Notes: generated from the letters alone by a model not told the origin. Numbered from the whole stretch's first letter, positions 11,002 to 24,283 are shown. The stretch is 63,800 nucleotides of DNA, filler included, from Reclinomonas americana ATCC 50394 (GCA_048213135.1; 17 parts of 17 records of this genome joined end to end with filler, not necessarily neighbours in it), one strand, 5' to 3'. A program made the numbers and translations.

Positions 11002-14000
11002 ATGGACGCCACTGCGGTGACGACAGACGCGGCGCCACCGCCACCGGAGCTGGAGGCGTTGGATGCGGAGGGAGCCAATGTGCGCTTCCGATGCACCATG
11101 CAACAGAGGTGAGAGAGCATGCGGTGATCGAAGAAAGCGAATGTCCGATCACCGACCTTTGAAACCGCAGACATACGCTGGGTGTGAGCCTGGTGGGCGC
11201 TGACAAGGTTGGTCGGCCCGACGATGAGCGCATCGTGTACGCCGCCGGTCGCGATGTCATCGTTTACGACGAAGACATGCGCCAGTGCCACTTTATGAAG
11301 CGACAAAACAACAACCTCATCACGTGCCTCAGCGTCTGCGCCGCGGCCACCTCGAAAAAGTCGTACGTGGCGGTGGCTGACTATGTGGACGGCATTGGAC
11401 CGCAGGTGCATTGCCGCTTGCTTCCTCTTCCTCGCGAGTTTCTCTTCGCTGATCTCTTCCATTTGTTGTAAAAAGGTGGTCGTGCACAGTCTGGCCACGG
11501 GCAAGAAGGTGCGACCGACGCTGACCTTCTCCGGTCTCACGGACGCGCCCATCAAGGCCCTTGCGCTGTCGGCAGACGCCAAGAACCTCGCCACCTGTGT
11601 AGCACTGCCGAAACCAGCGGTTCACCTGTGGAAGCTCGACAAGCAGCGACCGCTGTTTGTCGGCGAGCTGGAGACCGAGGCCAACCGTGTTTCCATCAAT
11701 CCCGCCGAACCCACGCAGGTGTGCACGTCTGGTGGGTCGTCGCTGCAAATGTGGCGCATGGTCGAGGGCGTACCGAAGGCCACCAGTCCTTTCGGCTCGT
11801 TCTTCCTCGACACGGTGAGTGCGTCCGCCTGTTTCGCAAAATACGCCTGTCTCTCACTCTTGTACACACGCGCAGGTGACTGACCACGTGTGGGTGGATG
11901 CCAACACACTGCTGGCCAGCCTGGCCAGTGGAACGGTGGCCGTGATTCACCGCGGCGAACTGTACAAGACGATCGAGGATGTGTTGCCGCAGCGCTCCCC
12001 TGTCCTCTCGTTGTGCCTCTTCAAGAAGGGCTTTGTGGCGGCCGGAACCGGTGGCTACATTGCCGTGTTCGAGCGCCCCCGACGCGACACCGAGTACACG
12101 TACAACCAGTACCGCACCTTCCGCAACCGCGCCCACCTCAACATTGTCGGCCTTTCCATCTCGCCCTCCAACGAATCCGTCATTTGCGCCCTGGAGAACC
12201 GCGAGCTGCAGAAGTTCATGCTGGCCAACGTGGACATTATGCGCGAGGAGGACGACAACTTTGAGCCGGTTCGCAACTCGTTCCACATGGCCGACATTAC
12301 CGGTGAGTGTGTTTTGCACTTGCTTCCACCCCCCACGCTCTCTCACACCAACATCCGGGTGGCAGACTTTGGTACATGCACGCAGCGATCGCTGTGCATC
12401 TCCAGCAGCTCCGACACGCGAGACTGCTCGGTGCGCCTGTACAATTTCCAGACGCGGCACAACGAGGTGCAGAAGCAGTTCCACGACGAGCCACTGAGGT
12501 GAGAGTCCGTCGACCTCCGATCGCAAAAGTGCGAGCAGGTTGTGCTCACCTTTTTGCAGTGCGGCAATTGATCCCACTGGACACCGTGCTCTGGTCGGCT
12601 TCTCCTACAAGCTGGAGGTGTTTGACATTCTCTACAACGATCTGCGCAGCTGCTTCGAGATTCCCGTGAAGAACTGCCGAGAGGTTCGCTCACACAAGTA
12701 GCCCCTCTTCCGTTTCCCTACGTTGTTGCTCAACCGGACTCGATGCGATTGCAGATCTGCTTCTCGAGAGGAGGCCACTTGTTTGCCATTGCCTGCTCCG
12801 CCATCATCTACGTATTCAGCTCGACCACCTTCGCCAAGCTCGCACAACTGCGCGGCCACACGTCGCAGATCCGCCACATTGCCTGGACCTCCGACGACAC
12901 TCGCCTGCTCTCCGTTGGCTCCGACGGTGCCATCTACGAATGGAATCCGCGTGAGGACGGCAGCCCGCTGCTGGAGATTTTGATCCGCGGATGCCAGCAA
13001 ACGTGCGCCGTGTACGACAATACCGACAAGCGATTTGCCGCGTGTGGCACCGACGGTGTCATCCGGCAAGTGGAGAACGGTGTCGTGGTGCAGGAGGTTC
13101 CGTGCCTTGGCAGTATTCCGACCAAGGTAATATGATGAGCCACTGTTTTGGTACTCCGGTTTTGTGCAGCACGGAAAACTGAACGACACTTGCGCAGATG
13201 TTCATCTCGGACACGGCCGAAACTCTGGTTGTTGGCACCGACCAGGGCAGTCTGTTGCTCTACCGATGGCCCCTCAAGGACCAGCGGCCATATCTGCAGT
13301 ACACTGGACACACAGGTGCGTGATACGTGTGTGTTTCCCTCTCCATCACTGGCAAGTGTTGACATGTGCTGGTGCAGCGCCAATCATCCACCTGGAGGCC
13401 AGCAAGGACGACAGCCAACTCTTCTCAGTGGCCATGGACGGTACCATGCTCACGTGGGAGGTGCAATGCTACGACTACACTCGCACACTGCAACGAAAGG
13501 CCTTTGATTATTCGGTGTGTGTTTTTCCGATTGCGCTCTCTGCTCTCTTCACTTCCCTCACTCACCTTTTACAAACTTGCAGATCTTCTCCAACGTAATC
13601 ACCGTCGACCGCGGCGAGTACGAGGAGAAAGTGTCGACCATTGAGTTCATGAAGGCCGAGATCCGCCGAGTCGAGAACGAAATGCGTTGCGTGAAGCTCT
13701 CATACTTCTTGTTGCCTTTCTGTTGTTGCTCACCACACAACACAGAGCACCTGGAGCAAGCGCTGACAAAGGAGGCCAAGGACAAACTGAAACTGATGGA
13801 GACGGAGAAGGACCGCAAGCTGCAAGAGGTGTCGGACCGGCTGGCCACGCGGGAGGAGGCACTGCAGGAGGAAATCGTGTACCTGCGTGCCCAACTCAAG
13901 GCCAAGGAGAAGCGCACGGAGGATGTGTACTTTGAGCTGGAGAAGACCTTCCAGGAGAAGCTGCGACGACAGGAGGAGAAGAATCACAAGCTGGAGAACA

Positions 14001-16117
14001 TCATCACGGCCATGGAGATTGAGCGTGATCGGCGCGAGGAGGAGTGGGCCAAGGAGAAGCAGACCGACTTTGATCATGTGCACGAGCACTTTTTGGAGCA
14101 GATGAAGGTGCGTTGCCCCCTCATCCTCCTGCACCGTCACTTGCTCACTCGCACCTTTCGTCCGACAGACCAAGGAGGGCGAGATGGAGTTGATGCAGGA
14201 AGAGTACAGCAAACTGCGCTCCGAATTCCGCGAGACCACTGACCAACAGGTGCGTTGCGGTTGATGTGCAGTCTACAGTACGTGGCATGCTCTCGCTCCT
14301 GCTCACACACAACTGCGCAGTCCGGCGAGCACGAGACGATGATTGACCGCATGAAGATCCAATACGAGGAGAAACTGGAGGCCGAACGGCGACGACACAA
14401 CGAGATCAAGGACAAGTTGGTGAAGGCGACCACCGAGATGCGCAAGTCGGAAGCACGTGCGGCCAAGGCGCTGGCCGATGTGCAGTCGCGCGATCGCAAG
14501 ATCGAGCAGCTGAACCACAAGGTGCAGGAGGGCCTGAAGGTCATTGCCACACTGCAGCGCGATATTGCCGTGCGCGAGGAGACGATTGGCACCAAGGAGC
14601 GCGGTCTGACGGAGCTCAAGAAGGAGGCCTCGGAGCTGGAGAAGCTGCGCAGTGTGCTCACCTACAAGCTCAACGAGGCCAAGGAGCACATGGTGCCGAA
14701 GGACGAGCAGATTGCGGAGATGACCGAGGCCATCAAGGACATGGACGCGCTGCTGCAAGAGGTCACACTGCACAAGGAGTCGTTGGAGCTGCTGGTGAAG
14801 CAGAAGACGGAGAAGATCGGAGTGCTGAACCAAGAGAATGCCCGCTGCCGTCGCCTGCTGGAGGAACGCAACATGCGTTACGACAACCTCGTCAAGGACT
14901 TGGGCGAGATGCTGAACCGCACCGACCCCAAGGGCCTCTTCTCGGCCCTCAAGGTCTTCCTCGCCAAGATCAACGTGCACAGCCGCGAGAAGGAGGAGGA
15001 CAATCGGGAGACGTTGCTCAAGGAGTTCGACCGGCAGCGCTCGTACATTGAGAACCAGCTGCAGTCGGTGCGCCGGCGTGAGGAGTTCACCGACCGCAGC
15101 ATGACCAAGATCACCAAGCGCCACACCGCCGAGAACAACTTCCTGGTCAAGGAGCTCAACCAGCTGCGCAAGGAGAACAAGGAGATGAAACGCAAGCTGA
15201 TTGCCGCCGAGGTCAGCTTACTCTCGCAACTCTAGCATTGTCGTGGTCACGCTCAGTGTCTCACACTTGTCTTTCCTCCTCCCCATGTGCAGCAACAGGT
15301 GCGGGAAGCCGCCGTTGGCAAGCTGCCGGCATCGTTTGGCGCAAGCCCCGTGGCTCCCCGTGAGCGGCAGTCGACTCCGTCGCTGCGATCGTCGTCGGCC
15401 ACCCCCATCTCGCCGATTGACCGCGATCGCGAGAGGCCCGACTCGGTCTTGTCGAGCACGGGCTCCTCGCTCCCATCGACTCGACCCTACTCTGCCGCCT
15501 CCACCAATCGCACCCTGATGCTGGCCAGTCGCCTATCGCACCAGCGAAAGACGGCCGATCACTTGTCGGCACTGATTTCCGGTGTCGACGCCACCGCACT
15601 GGCCATCAAGCGGCAGGACGACGAGTTGTCGCGATTGCGCGACAATGTGCAGGCGCTCATGGGCGACCTGTCGTCGGTCGGCAGATCACCACCTCCCAGC
15701 GATGGAGTGGGTGGATCGGGAGGCGGTGGCGCCGGTGGTTCCCTGTCGGTACCACACACTCCACCGCGCTCCGCCAGCGCACCGCTGCGTCCCGATTCGC
15801 CGCTCGACGTGAGTGCGCGAGAGGACCTGCAAGTTGATGGTACGTGCACCAGGTGCTGGAAAGAGAGATGGAAATGCACGCAGGTGTGTGTTGACGCGAC
15901 TGTGCATGCACACACAGATGGACCGCTAGGGAAGCGACCAATATCAGCCGGCCAGTCAAGATTCGCCTTTGAGGATCGCGTGAGGTGAGTGAACCCCACA
16001 GCGGGAGCGGGGAGCGAGTCGCGTGTGCTGACAATCCTCTTGTGTTTCTGCAGACTGGCCAGTGCGTCTGCGCTGCCTGATATTACCACGAAACCAACGC
16101 AAATGCAACCACGATGA
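11002..16117 (+). CDS. CFAP57: Cilia/flagella-associated WD40 + coiled-coil protein, CFAP57/WDR65-like; multi-exon
   Basis: WD40 repeats (LRGHTSQIRHIAWTSDDTRLLSVGSDGAIYEW; EICFSRGGHLFA) followed by a long coiled coil with 'ELEKLRSVLTYKL...PKDEQI' and 'EFDRQRSYIE...ENNFLVKELNQLR'. Confidence 0.85.
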
Positions 16118-16299
16118 CGAAAAATATGCAGTGAGCAAACCAGCCTCTCGCGTCCGCCCCCGTGTGCAAAATGTTAGAAAAAAGAGGGAGAATACGGAGC
16201 AGGTGAAGAGCAAATGTAACGCAATTCAACACATTCTTTTTTTAATGGCGTCCGCACGAGCAAGCGACTGCGGTACTGCTGGGTGTTGCTGTGTGGTCG

Positions 16300-18912
16300 T
16301 TACTGCACGGCCTCCGGCTGCACCAGCACCCAGTCGAACTTGAACACGTCGGGCAGACCATTGTGCGGCTCGTTGGCCCACTGACCGGCAAACTCGAAGG
16401 CCGGCTGATCCTGCGTTGTTGGGCCTGCACCAGCGTGTGAGCTCGCTGGGAGGGATGCCACGAGAAGAGCAATGACAAAAAAACGCACCATTAATGACCC
16501 AGCCGACTAACTGCGCGATGCTACCGGCATCGGTCCACTTGGAGTCGTAGCCGCCACCCGCGAAGCGAGACTTGGGATCGATCTGCACACGATGACGGTC
16601 AGCGGGATGTGTCTCAATGAGATCACGGTGCGCCATCACACACCGCCAGATCAAAGCGCGCTGCGACGGCGGCTCCCGGATCGAGATCGGCCAACGGATC
16701 TGACTCAAAATCGTTGTACCGCATGATCCACTTCATCTGATCGGCCGTATCGACGTCGGCCGCACGGTTGCGGAAGATCTTGGCGCGCGGTGCCATAAAG
16801 TAGCTGTAATCTAGCGGGGAGGACCAAAAGAAATTGTCGTGAGACATCCTATACTTAGTACTGCACACTCATTTCCTTCGCCTCACCGTTGCCGAACTTG
16901 GCCAAGAACTCGGGATATCCGCTCTTGTTGAAAATGTCGCGGAAGAACGGCACATTGTACGACGACTGCATGCAGCGATCAGAAAAAAAGGAGTGTCTTG
17001 TGCAAATGTAAAAGGGGAGCAACGGACGCACCCAGTAGCCCCAGTTGAGCGACATGGTGGCGTCGGCTGCGAGATAACAAGACACGCGTGAGGTACACGT
17101 GAAAAATGCAAGACACATGTGCGTGTGCGCACGCTCACCACTGGTGATGTGGCCGGGGATCTGCTCGAGGATCCACAGGGCGCCTTGACCGAGGGGCTGA
17201 CCCGGTCGGAACTGCTTGTAGTCGACCACCATCCACTGGCTGCGTCACGCACCTCCATGGTCAGCTTACAATAGAGCACAGTCGTTGTTGTGTCCAATGC
17301 CCTTCACTCACCAGTTGTACGTGCCGGCGTTGTTGCGCGAGAAGAACTGCAGAGGCAGTCAGGCACAAAACAGAGCGAGGAAAATCACGCGGAGAACGAA
17401 CCGAGGACCACTCGTTGCCGTCGCGAGCCATGCGCGTGGCGACCAGCACCTTTTGCCACGACAGGAGGCCCTGCGTGGTGACCTTTTGGTACAGCGAGGT
17501 GTCGAGAATCGAGTTGCTGCACGCTCACATATGTCAGCCAAGCACCACCGCTGGGGGTACGCAAGAACGCCACGCAACGTCGTCTCAATGACGTTCAGCT
17601 TCTGCTCCGTAATGTACCAGTCGTCGTTCGAGGCCAGCGTGCCGGGGTACGAGGAGAAGGCGATGCGGGCGGAGACCACACCGCGGAACGGGAAGTTGGT
17701 GTACTTGAAAATGCGGTTCCTGCACAGCGATACAAATGCAAGTGTGAGGCAAGCTGCTGCTGTGCTGGTGGCGAGGGGAGTATCACTCAACATTGCGCTG
17801 TAGACAAACCACGCCGTGTGGCCGGAGAACAAGTTCGAAAAGTCGTCGGTGATGCGCACAAAGCCAGAGCAGTGCGAGTTCTTGCGCACATAGTTCCGCA
17901 GCTCCGTGAGATCCATGGCGTGCAGGTTGGGCGGATCAAACTTGGCCGTAATGTCAAACAAGTCGCCAAACGCGCCCTGCAAGCACCATTCATGATCAGC
18001 ACACTCGCCGAGCCACAATGACGCCGCACGTCAACAGGAAACGCAACAGCGACACTCATGTGCGCCGACGACAGGCGCTGGTTCGCCGACACGGCGCTGT
18101 TGTAGCCGTCGACCAAACCATCCCACTGCGCCAGCACGTTGCCGACGTTGGACCAGTACATGTCGGAGGGATCGGCGGAGGCCACTTGCATCTTGACCCA
18201 GGCCTCCTGCTGCACGAGGAACTGCTCCACCTGCGTGGTCATGGTGCCGTTCGGCATGGTCGCCTGAGCCATGTTCTGGTAGTGCGGCCAGATTTGACTG
18301 CGGGTGGTGCCAGTCAGCAGCGTGGCACGCGATGAGAGTGGTGCACAGACACAAACGGAACTGACTGGTGATGGCGCCCTCCAGGTAGCCAGCAGCGTAC
18401 GCCTGCACTGTGTCGGGAAACGCCGGATTGCTCTCCAAGTACAACCGGCCCCATCCTGCGCATGATAAGAACGGGTATATACAAAACACACATGACGACC
18501 GTCCTCTTGAACTCACCAGTGACCTGCAGCTCATCGTCTGCATTTGGCGGGCGGATAATACAGTGAGTAGTGGCAGAGAGAGAGAATAATCTGCGCGCGC
18601 ACGCGCGTGGACGCAACAAAAGACTCCGAAGGCAGCTCCGTTGCGGTCAATCACGCCCAGCTTCAGCGAGTACGTGTGCGACGCCGCATTGAACATCACC
18701 GTGCCCTTGACTGCACGATAAGAGAGAGTGAGAAAGTGAGCACACAAAGGAGTTAGTGGGTGACACGCACCGACCCCGACTCCAGAATTTCGCAGTCGCC
18801 ACTCCAACGACTCTCCACTGTCGTCGTTCTCGTCGAGCTCTACTGCGCGTGCTGTGCGCGCGCTCACAAGCACAAGCGCAAGCAGCGCAAAGACGACAAA
18901 CGCGCGCCGCAT
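16300..18912 (-). CDS. Phospholipase B-like (Ntn hydrolase, PLBD family); multi-exon
   Basis: Signal peptide; AYAAGYLEGAIT; SHCSG autocleavage site; FSSYPGTLASNDDWY; ETTN; NAGTYN; LWILEQIPG; SYNVPFF; APRAKIFR; MRYND; GGYDSK. Confidence 0.9.
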
Positions 18913-19464
18913 TTAATTGTTTTTATGGGACAGTAACTGTGCGCGGCTCGCGGCGTGTGACTGTCCCTGTTTGCGGTGAGTGTGCGCGCTTGTCGCCCTT
19001 TCTTTCCCCCCGCGTCTCCTTGCCCGCGCGTGCACACACGAGAGAGAAAGAGAGACATAACACACACACATACTCAGCAAGAGTGCGGTGCTTTGTGATC
19101 GTCTTTCCTCTTTTGACTCCCGCGCTTGGTGGCCTTATAAGGAGGGTTGCCTCACATTTCAAGAATACAGAAAACATCGTCATTCTTGCCTTTGCTGAGT
19201 GCACGTTGTTCCTACTCTTGTCGATCCGCCCGCGTTCTTTCCGGGTCAGTGTGATGTTTGAGAGGGATCGATGCATACGTGTGTGTGTGTGTTTGCGCCT
19301 GTGTGCGGGTGGCCATTTCACACTTGTGCACACTCTTGCACGTTATGCGCACGTTTCTTTTCTCNNNNNNNNNNNNNNNNNNNNNNNNNNNNNNNNNNNN
19401 NNNNNNNNTTAATTAATTAANNNNNNNNNNNNNNNNNNNNNNNNNNNNNNNNNNNNNNNNNNNN

Positions 19465-20308
19465 GCAGCGTTCTGGCCTTCGCGGCCTCTCTGGCGCCCA
19501 GATCCGTTCGCTGCATATTCTGCACAACATGAGGCAAATATATTTCTGAGTCTAAATTCCCATAATTTGAGTAATAAACGAACTTCGGCAGCGCGTCGGT
19601 TACTAGATCAAATACTCCCTCCGCCTCTTCTGGATCGCGCAGCTCAAGACGCTTTGCGATATCCTCCAAATCATCAAGCAGCGCTCGAAATCGCGGCACA
19701 ATCGAGCTGGTAGCTGCCGGATTTTCCGGGAGGGTCGAGCGCAGTCGGTTGGCTAGTTCACGAACAGCGGCCGCACTGTAGGCGCTAACGCTATCGACAC
19801 CACCGGAAACTTTCTGGATGGATTCAGCAAATTGGCTCTTGAGATCGCCTTCTTTCGCCAAAGGAGATATTTTCTCAAGTTGATCAGCGGCAGAATCAAG
19901 TGCAGCCGCAAGTTCCTTACCTTGCAACGTGCGTTGAGGGGCATGATTTGGAAATCGGATGCTATAATTACCATCAAAATATCGCGTAACTCGCACAATG
20001 CGTGCGTCGCTCTCGGATATTCCGGACAACTGCGAAATTCTTGCCATCAACTCAGGCGCATCGAATTCCGCTTCAACAAAAGCGTACTCTCCGGGGTCGG
20101 CTTGAATATCGTTAAACGTAGCCTTCGGATAGTCTGAAGTTGCCTTGAGCTCACCTTCGCGCGCTGGATTGAGCTTCCACAGCGGCAATAGAAGGTTGGT
20201 TTTACCAGACTCGTTTACGCCTATAAGCGCCGTAACACGATCCGCTTCAACCCAACCGCTATCGACCACCGACCTATAATTGGTAACCCTATACTTGAGG
20301 AGCTTCAT
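19465..20308 (-). CDS. AAA_15/OLD-type ABC ATPase (ATP-dependent nuclease family), 3' truncated (bacterial)
   Basis: MKLLKYRVTNYRSV...TALIGVNESGKTNLL is a Walker A N-terminus typical of OLD/AAA_15 proteins. GC content is lower than in the neighbouring bacterial contigs. Confidence 0.75.
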
Positions 20309-20703
20309 CGGAATTTTCCCGAGCCGCGATTCGCATTACGGATGAGGATACTGCGCAACCTTCGGCTAAAAGAACAGCGTTGCTGTGCCCATAGGTTGAT
20401 ACAAGCGGGGGAGAGAACTTATCCCCGCTACCAAAACCTCCCGTATGATCCCCTCGCCCATCACCCATACGGGGCGGCCGTCCGGAGGTATGCCAGAGGC
20501 TGGGTGAGGGTCGGCGCCTGCGGGCGGGGGTTACGCCCCGCTCCCGGGAGGCTTCGGGGCACCGCCCTGGGGACACTACGATCCCTGTGCGAGGAGCTCG
20601 CTANNNNNNNNNNNNNNNNNNNNNNNNNNNNNNNNNNNNNNNNNNNNTTAATTAATTAANNNNNNNNNNNNNNNNNNNNNNNNNNNNNNNNNNNNNNNNN
20701 NNN

Positions 20704-20867
20704 TCGAGTACCGGCAGGTCGTGCCGTATGACGTCGCTGAGGTGCGTCGGGTCGTCGAAGGCGTCGAGTCCGTAGGCGTCCTCGTGCAACGGCACCCGGT
20801 CATTCCAGTTCTGCTGATTCGCGTGCCGCGCGGCTTCCCAGTCGATCTCGACGTTGCGTGGAGTCAT
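20704..20867 (-). CDS. Probable SAM-dependent methyltransferase, N-terminal fragment
   Basis: 'ANQQNWNDRVPLH..Y' N-terminus resembles a common actinobacterial methyltransferase family. Truncated. Confidence 0.5.
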
Positions 20868-21228
20868 GGGAGGAAGCCTAGTGAGGGCCCTCCCAATCGA
20901 TCCACGCGGATAAACCGATAATGCACATTATGTCAGTTCGTCTCTGAAGATCCCCCTCGCCCGGGCGAATCACCTCGATGACTGTCCCGTCGCGCCGCAG
21001 ATAGAACGTACCGGCCTCTCTGGGCGGCGTTCTGGCTGGGGATGCTCCTGCCTGGGAACGGCGGTGTCCTCCGTAACCCGTCCGGCACGACCGAGGCCCA
21101 GGTCAGCCATTTGATGAGCCTCATCGGGTGATCGCGTCTCTCGGAGTTCGCAGCGAGTCGCCATAACATCCGGATGCGAGGGCCGATTCCCGCGAGATTC
21201 TCGAACTCCTGGCTGATGAACTCGAGCC

Positions 21229-22473
21229 ATGACAGTGAGCAGCCGCGATCCCCTCCCCCGCCGATTCCTGCGCATCGCATGGTCGAGCGTGGCCACCCAG
21301 ATGGCGGAACAGGTCGCGCTCGTGGCTGTGCCGCTCGCCGCCGTGCTGTCGCTCGGTGCCGGAGCGACCGAGACGGCCCTCCTGCATGTCGCCCAGACGC
21401 TGCCCTTCCTTGTGCTGGCTCTCCCCTTCGGTCTCGTCATCGATCGGTCCTCCCCGCAGCGAGTGCTGATCGCGTCGGAGGTTCTGCGAGCCGCCACGCT
21501 GGGCGCCATCGTCGTTCTCATCACGCTCGACTCGCTGTCCATGGGCGCTCTTCTCGGGCTCGGCTGCCTCGGCGCGATCGGCACGGTGGGCGTGAGCGTC
21601 TCAGTCCCCTCAGCGGTGCCGCGCCTCGTGACATCCGACCGCCTGATCGACGCCAATCGATGGTTGGAGCTCGGAAGGAGTGCGGCCTTCATCTGCGGGC
21701 CTGTCATCGCTGGCGCCATCGTCTCCGCCGCCGGCGCGGGCACAGCCCTCGTGGTCGCCACGATCGCCTGCGTCGCCGCCGCGGCGCTATTGGTTCGACT
21801 GGACATCCCTCGAAGCGTGCCCTCGGCCGGTGGGTCAGCGTGGAGAGCGGCTGCCCACGGCGTGCGATATGTGCTGGGGCACCACCTCTTGCGGCCGATG
21901 ATCGTCACCTCGACCATCTTCAATGTGGGCTGGTTCCTGATTCAGTCCGTGTTCGTCGTCTACGCCGTGGACCGGTTGGGGATGACAGCCACCGCCGTGG
22001 GCATCGCGATGGGAGCTTACGGCGCAGGCATGGTGATCGGAGCGCTTCTGGTACCCCCGCTGTCCCGACGCTTCCGTCTCGGTGCGATGACTGTGCTCGG
22101 CCCGGGCGGCGGGTTCGTTGCGGCAGTTCTGATGGGCATCACACTGTGGACACCCGCACCCGCCCTCGCCTTCGCCTCATTCTTCCTCTTCGGCTTCGGC
22201 CCGGTGATCTGGACGATATCCACGACCTCGCTCCGCCAAGCCGTGACCCCGGCCCCGATGATCGGGCGAGTTTCCTCGTTGGTGGTGGTCTCCACCTATG
22301 GCGCGCGGCCGCTCGGCGCGGGAATGGGAGTCGCGATCTCGGCAGGATTCGGGATGGAATGGTGCATCGCTGTCGCCGTCGTTGTCTTCGCTGCCCAACT
22401 CGTCACCGTCCTCTCGTCGGCTCTCCCGGCCGTGCGGGAACTTCCTGCTGCGCCGACCCCGGCCTCTCGGTGA
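21229..22473 (+). CDS. MFS transporter (MFS_3-like)
   Basis: About 12 TM segments; motif A-like 'FGLVIDRSSPQRVLI'; 'LRQAVTPAPMIGRVSS'. Confidence 0.88.
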   Translation: MTVSSRDPLPRRFLRIAWSSVATQMAEQVALVAVPLAAVLSLGAGATETALLHVAQTLPFLVLALPFGLVIDRSSPQRVLIASEVLRAATLGAIVVLITLDSLSMGALLGLGCLGAIGTVGVSVSVPSAVPRLVTSDRLIDANRWLELGRSAAFICGPVIAGAIVSAAGAGTALVVATIACVAAAALLVRLDIPRSVPSAGGSAWRAAAHGVRYVLGHHLLRPMIVTSTIFNVGWFLIQSVFVVYAVDRLGMTATAVGIAMGAYGAGMVIGALLVPPLSRRFRLGAMTVLGPGGGFVAAVLMGITLWTPAPALAFASFFLFGFGPVIWTISTTSLRQAVTPAPMIGRVSSLVVVSTYGARPLGAGMGVAISAGFGMEWCIAVAVVVFAAQLVTVLSSALPAVRELPAAPTPASR

Positions 22474-22496
22474 TCGCCAGGTCGGCGGATGGTCGG

Positions 22497-23039
22497 CTAC
22501 GCGAGCACGCGGTAGCGCAGATGGACCTCACTCGCGAAGGCCGAGGTCTCGATGCGCTGCAGCGTCATCTGCCTGCTCAGTCCCGTGAACAGGGAGATCC
22601 CGCTACCGAGCAGGACCGGCACCACGTCAAGGACGATCTCATCGACGAGTCCCTTCTCCAGACACTGCCTCGAGATGCTGCCCCCGAGCACGCTCACCCA
22701 CTTGTCCACCGCCGCTTGCTTGGCGGCACTCACGGCTTCGACCACGTCGTCGACGACGAATTCGTAGATGATCCCGTCTCTCTCGATGGACTCGTGAGGG
22801 GTGTGCGTCATGAGGAACACCGGCACCCCCAGGATGCCGCCGTAGGGAATCTCCCCGTCTTCGATCGTCTGCGTCTTGTTCGCTCCCCCGACCACTGCGC
22901 CGATCTCCCCGACGACGCGCGAGACCACCGCCTCGTCTGCCGGATCGACCGGGAACCCGTTCATCCACTCGACTCCCCCGCTGGCATCGGCCATGAATCC
23001 GTCGAGCGACACAGTCGCGTGTATGAGTACTTTCGACAT
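22497..23039 (-). CDS. Dihydrofolate reductase-family (RibD C-terminal) protein
   Basis: 'TVSLDGFMA', 'VLGGSISRQCLEKGLVDEIVLDVVPVLLGSGISLF'; GGAGG RBS upstream. Confidence 0.88.
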   Translation of the reverse strand: MSKVLIHATVSLDGFMADASGGVEWMNGFPVDPADEAVVSRVVGEIGAVVGGANKTQTIEDGEIPYGGILGVPVFLMTHTPHESIERDGIIYEFVVDDVVEAVSAAKQAAVDKWVSVLGGSISRQCLEKGLVDEIVLDVVPVLLGSGISLFTGLSRQMTLQRIETSAFASEVHLRYRVLA

Positions 23040-23319
23040 CACTACCTCCTGGATAAGAGCCCGTGGCCCGAGAGGTGAGTCGTTCGACTCACCTTGATTG
23101 CAGGCTAGCTCTCCGCGAGTCCCGAGTCAAGCGACTCACCACTACGGCATACTTGATCCATGCCTCGTGAGCTCTCCGACTATCACCGCCAGGTCGCCGC
23201 CGACAACCGCGCGGCAATNNNNNNNNNNNNNNNNNNNNNNNNNNNNNNNNNNNNNNNNNNNNTTAATTAATTAANNNNNNNNNNNNNNNNNNNNNNNNNN
23301 NNNNNNNNNNNNNNNNNNC

Positions 23320-23808
23320 AGCATCCACCTCGTCCATCTGAAGACCGTGCCGCGCCGCCACCGTTCGCAATGCTTCGGCGAGGTTCCGGATGTTGGCGTT
23401 CCAACTCTCCTCGAGATACATCCTCGCCACCTCCGGCTGCGTCACGGCCTCCGCCGTCACGAGTCGACGCATGGCGAGGACCGGTTCGCTCAGGATGCCG
23501 AAGCGCATCGTCTCCGCGAGATCGGCGAGCCCTTGCCGAAGATCATCCGCCGCCTGCAGCCGCTCCAGAGCCGGGCGCATCGCGTTGCGCCCGGAGGATG
23601 CCCAGTGGTGGACCACTGCTTCGTAGAGGGCCGACTTCGAGGGCTGCTCACGATAGAGCGACGCCTTCGAGATCCGTGCACGTCTGGCGACCTCCTCCAT
23701 AGAGGCTCCGCCATACCCGCGCTCGAGGAACACGTCGCGCGCCACCGCGAGGAGGTCCTCCCCCGTGAGGCCTGGGGGTCGACCCGGGGCGCGAGCTTCT
23801 GTCGTCAT
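23320..23808 (-). CDS. TetR/AcrR family regulator, 3' truncated
   Basis: HTH 'ARDVFLERGYGGASMEEVARRARISKASLY'. Confidence 0.9.
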
Positions 23809-23816
23809 GCTTCCAC

Positions 23817-23873
23817 TTTAGTACTTGACGGTTCTAAATCACCAGTCTACTCTGAGTACCAGTCGGTACTAAA
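23817..23873. promoter_or_regulatory. Two palindromic TetR-type operators in the divergent promoter
   Basis: TTTAGTACTTGACGGTTCTAAA (23817-23838) and AGTACCAGTCGGTACT (23855-23870) share an AGTACY-N4-GGTWCT dyad. Confidence 0.7.
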
Positions 23874-23882
23874 GGAGTCGAA

Positions 23883-24263
23883 ATGCTCATTCTCGGAATC
23901 GCCGTCGCCACCGTCGCGTCGTTCGTCGCCAGTGCGGCGCTGTACGCCATCCCTGCTGTCTCGGCCACGATCACCCGCACCAGCACTCCACGGCCCGGGC
24001 TGTCCATGGCCGCCCAGATGGCGTCCGTCGTACTGCGCAGCCTCATCACCGCGTGTCTGATCGCCGGAATTCTGGTGTGCGCGGAATGGCACGGAGCCGT
24101 CCCGGGGCTGCTCCTGGGCCTCGCTCTCTCGGTGCTGCCGCTCACGCTGCTCATGGGTGGCGTCGTACACGAGAACACAGCCGTCTCGGCGGCCGCGATC
24201 CACCTCGTCGATTGGGTCGTCAAGCTCGTACTGATCGGCGTCATCGTCGGACTCTTCGTCTGA
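23883..24263 (+). CDS. Small 4-TM membrane protein (DUF1761-like)
   Basis: Hydrophobic ORF with '..VVHEN...AAIHLVDW'; AAGGAG RBS. Confidence 0.65.
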   Translation: MLILGIAVATVASFVASAALYAIPAVSATITRTSTPRPGLSMAAQMASVVLRSLITACLIAGILVCAEWHGAVPGLLLGLALSVLPLTLLMGGVVHENTAVSAAAIHLVDWVVKLVLIGVIVGLFV

Positions 24264-24283
24264 TCACAGAACCGGAGGACATC

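Noticed and set aside
21174..23078. 634-aa Arg-rich ORF and similar shadow ORFs
   Set aside because: These are off-frame or antisense products of high-GC MFS and RibD genes.
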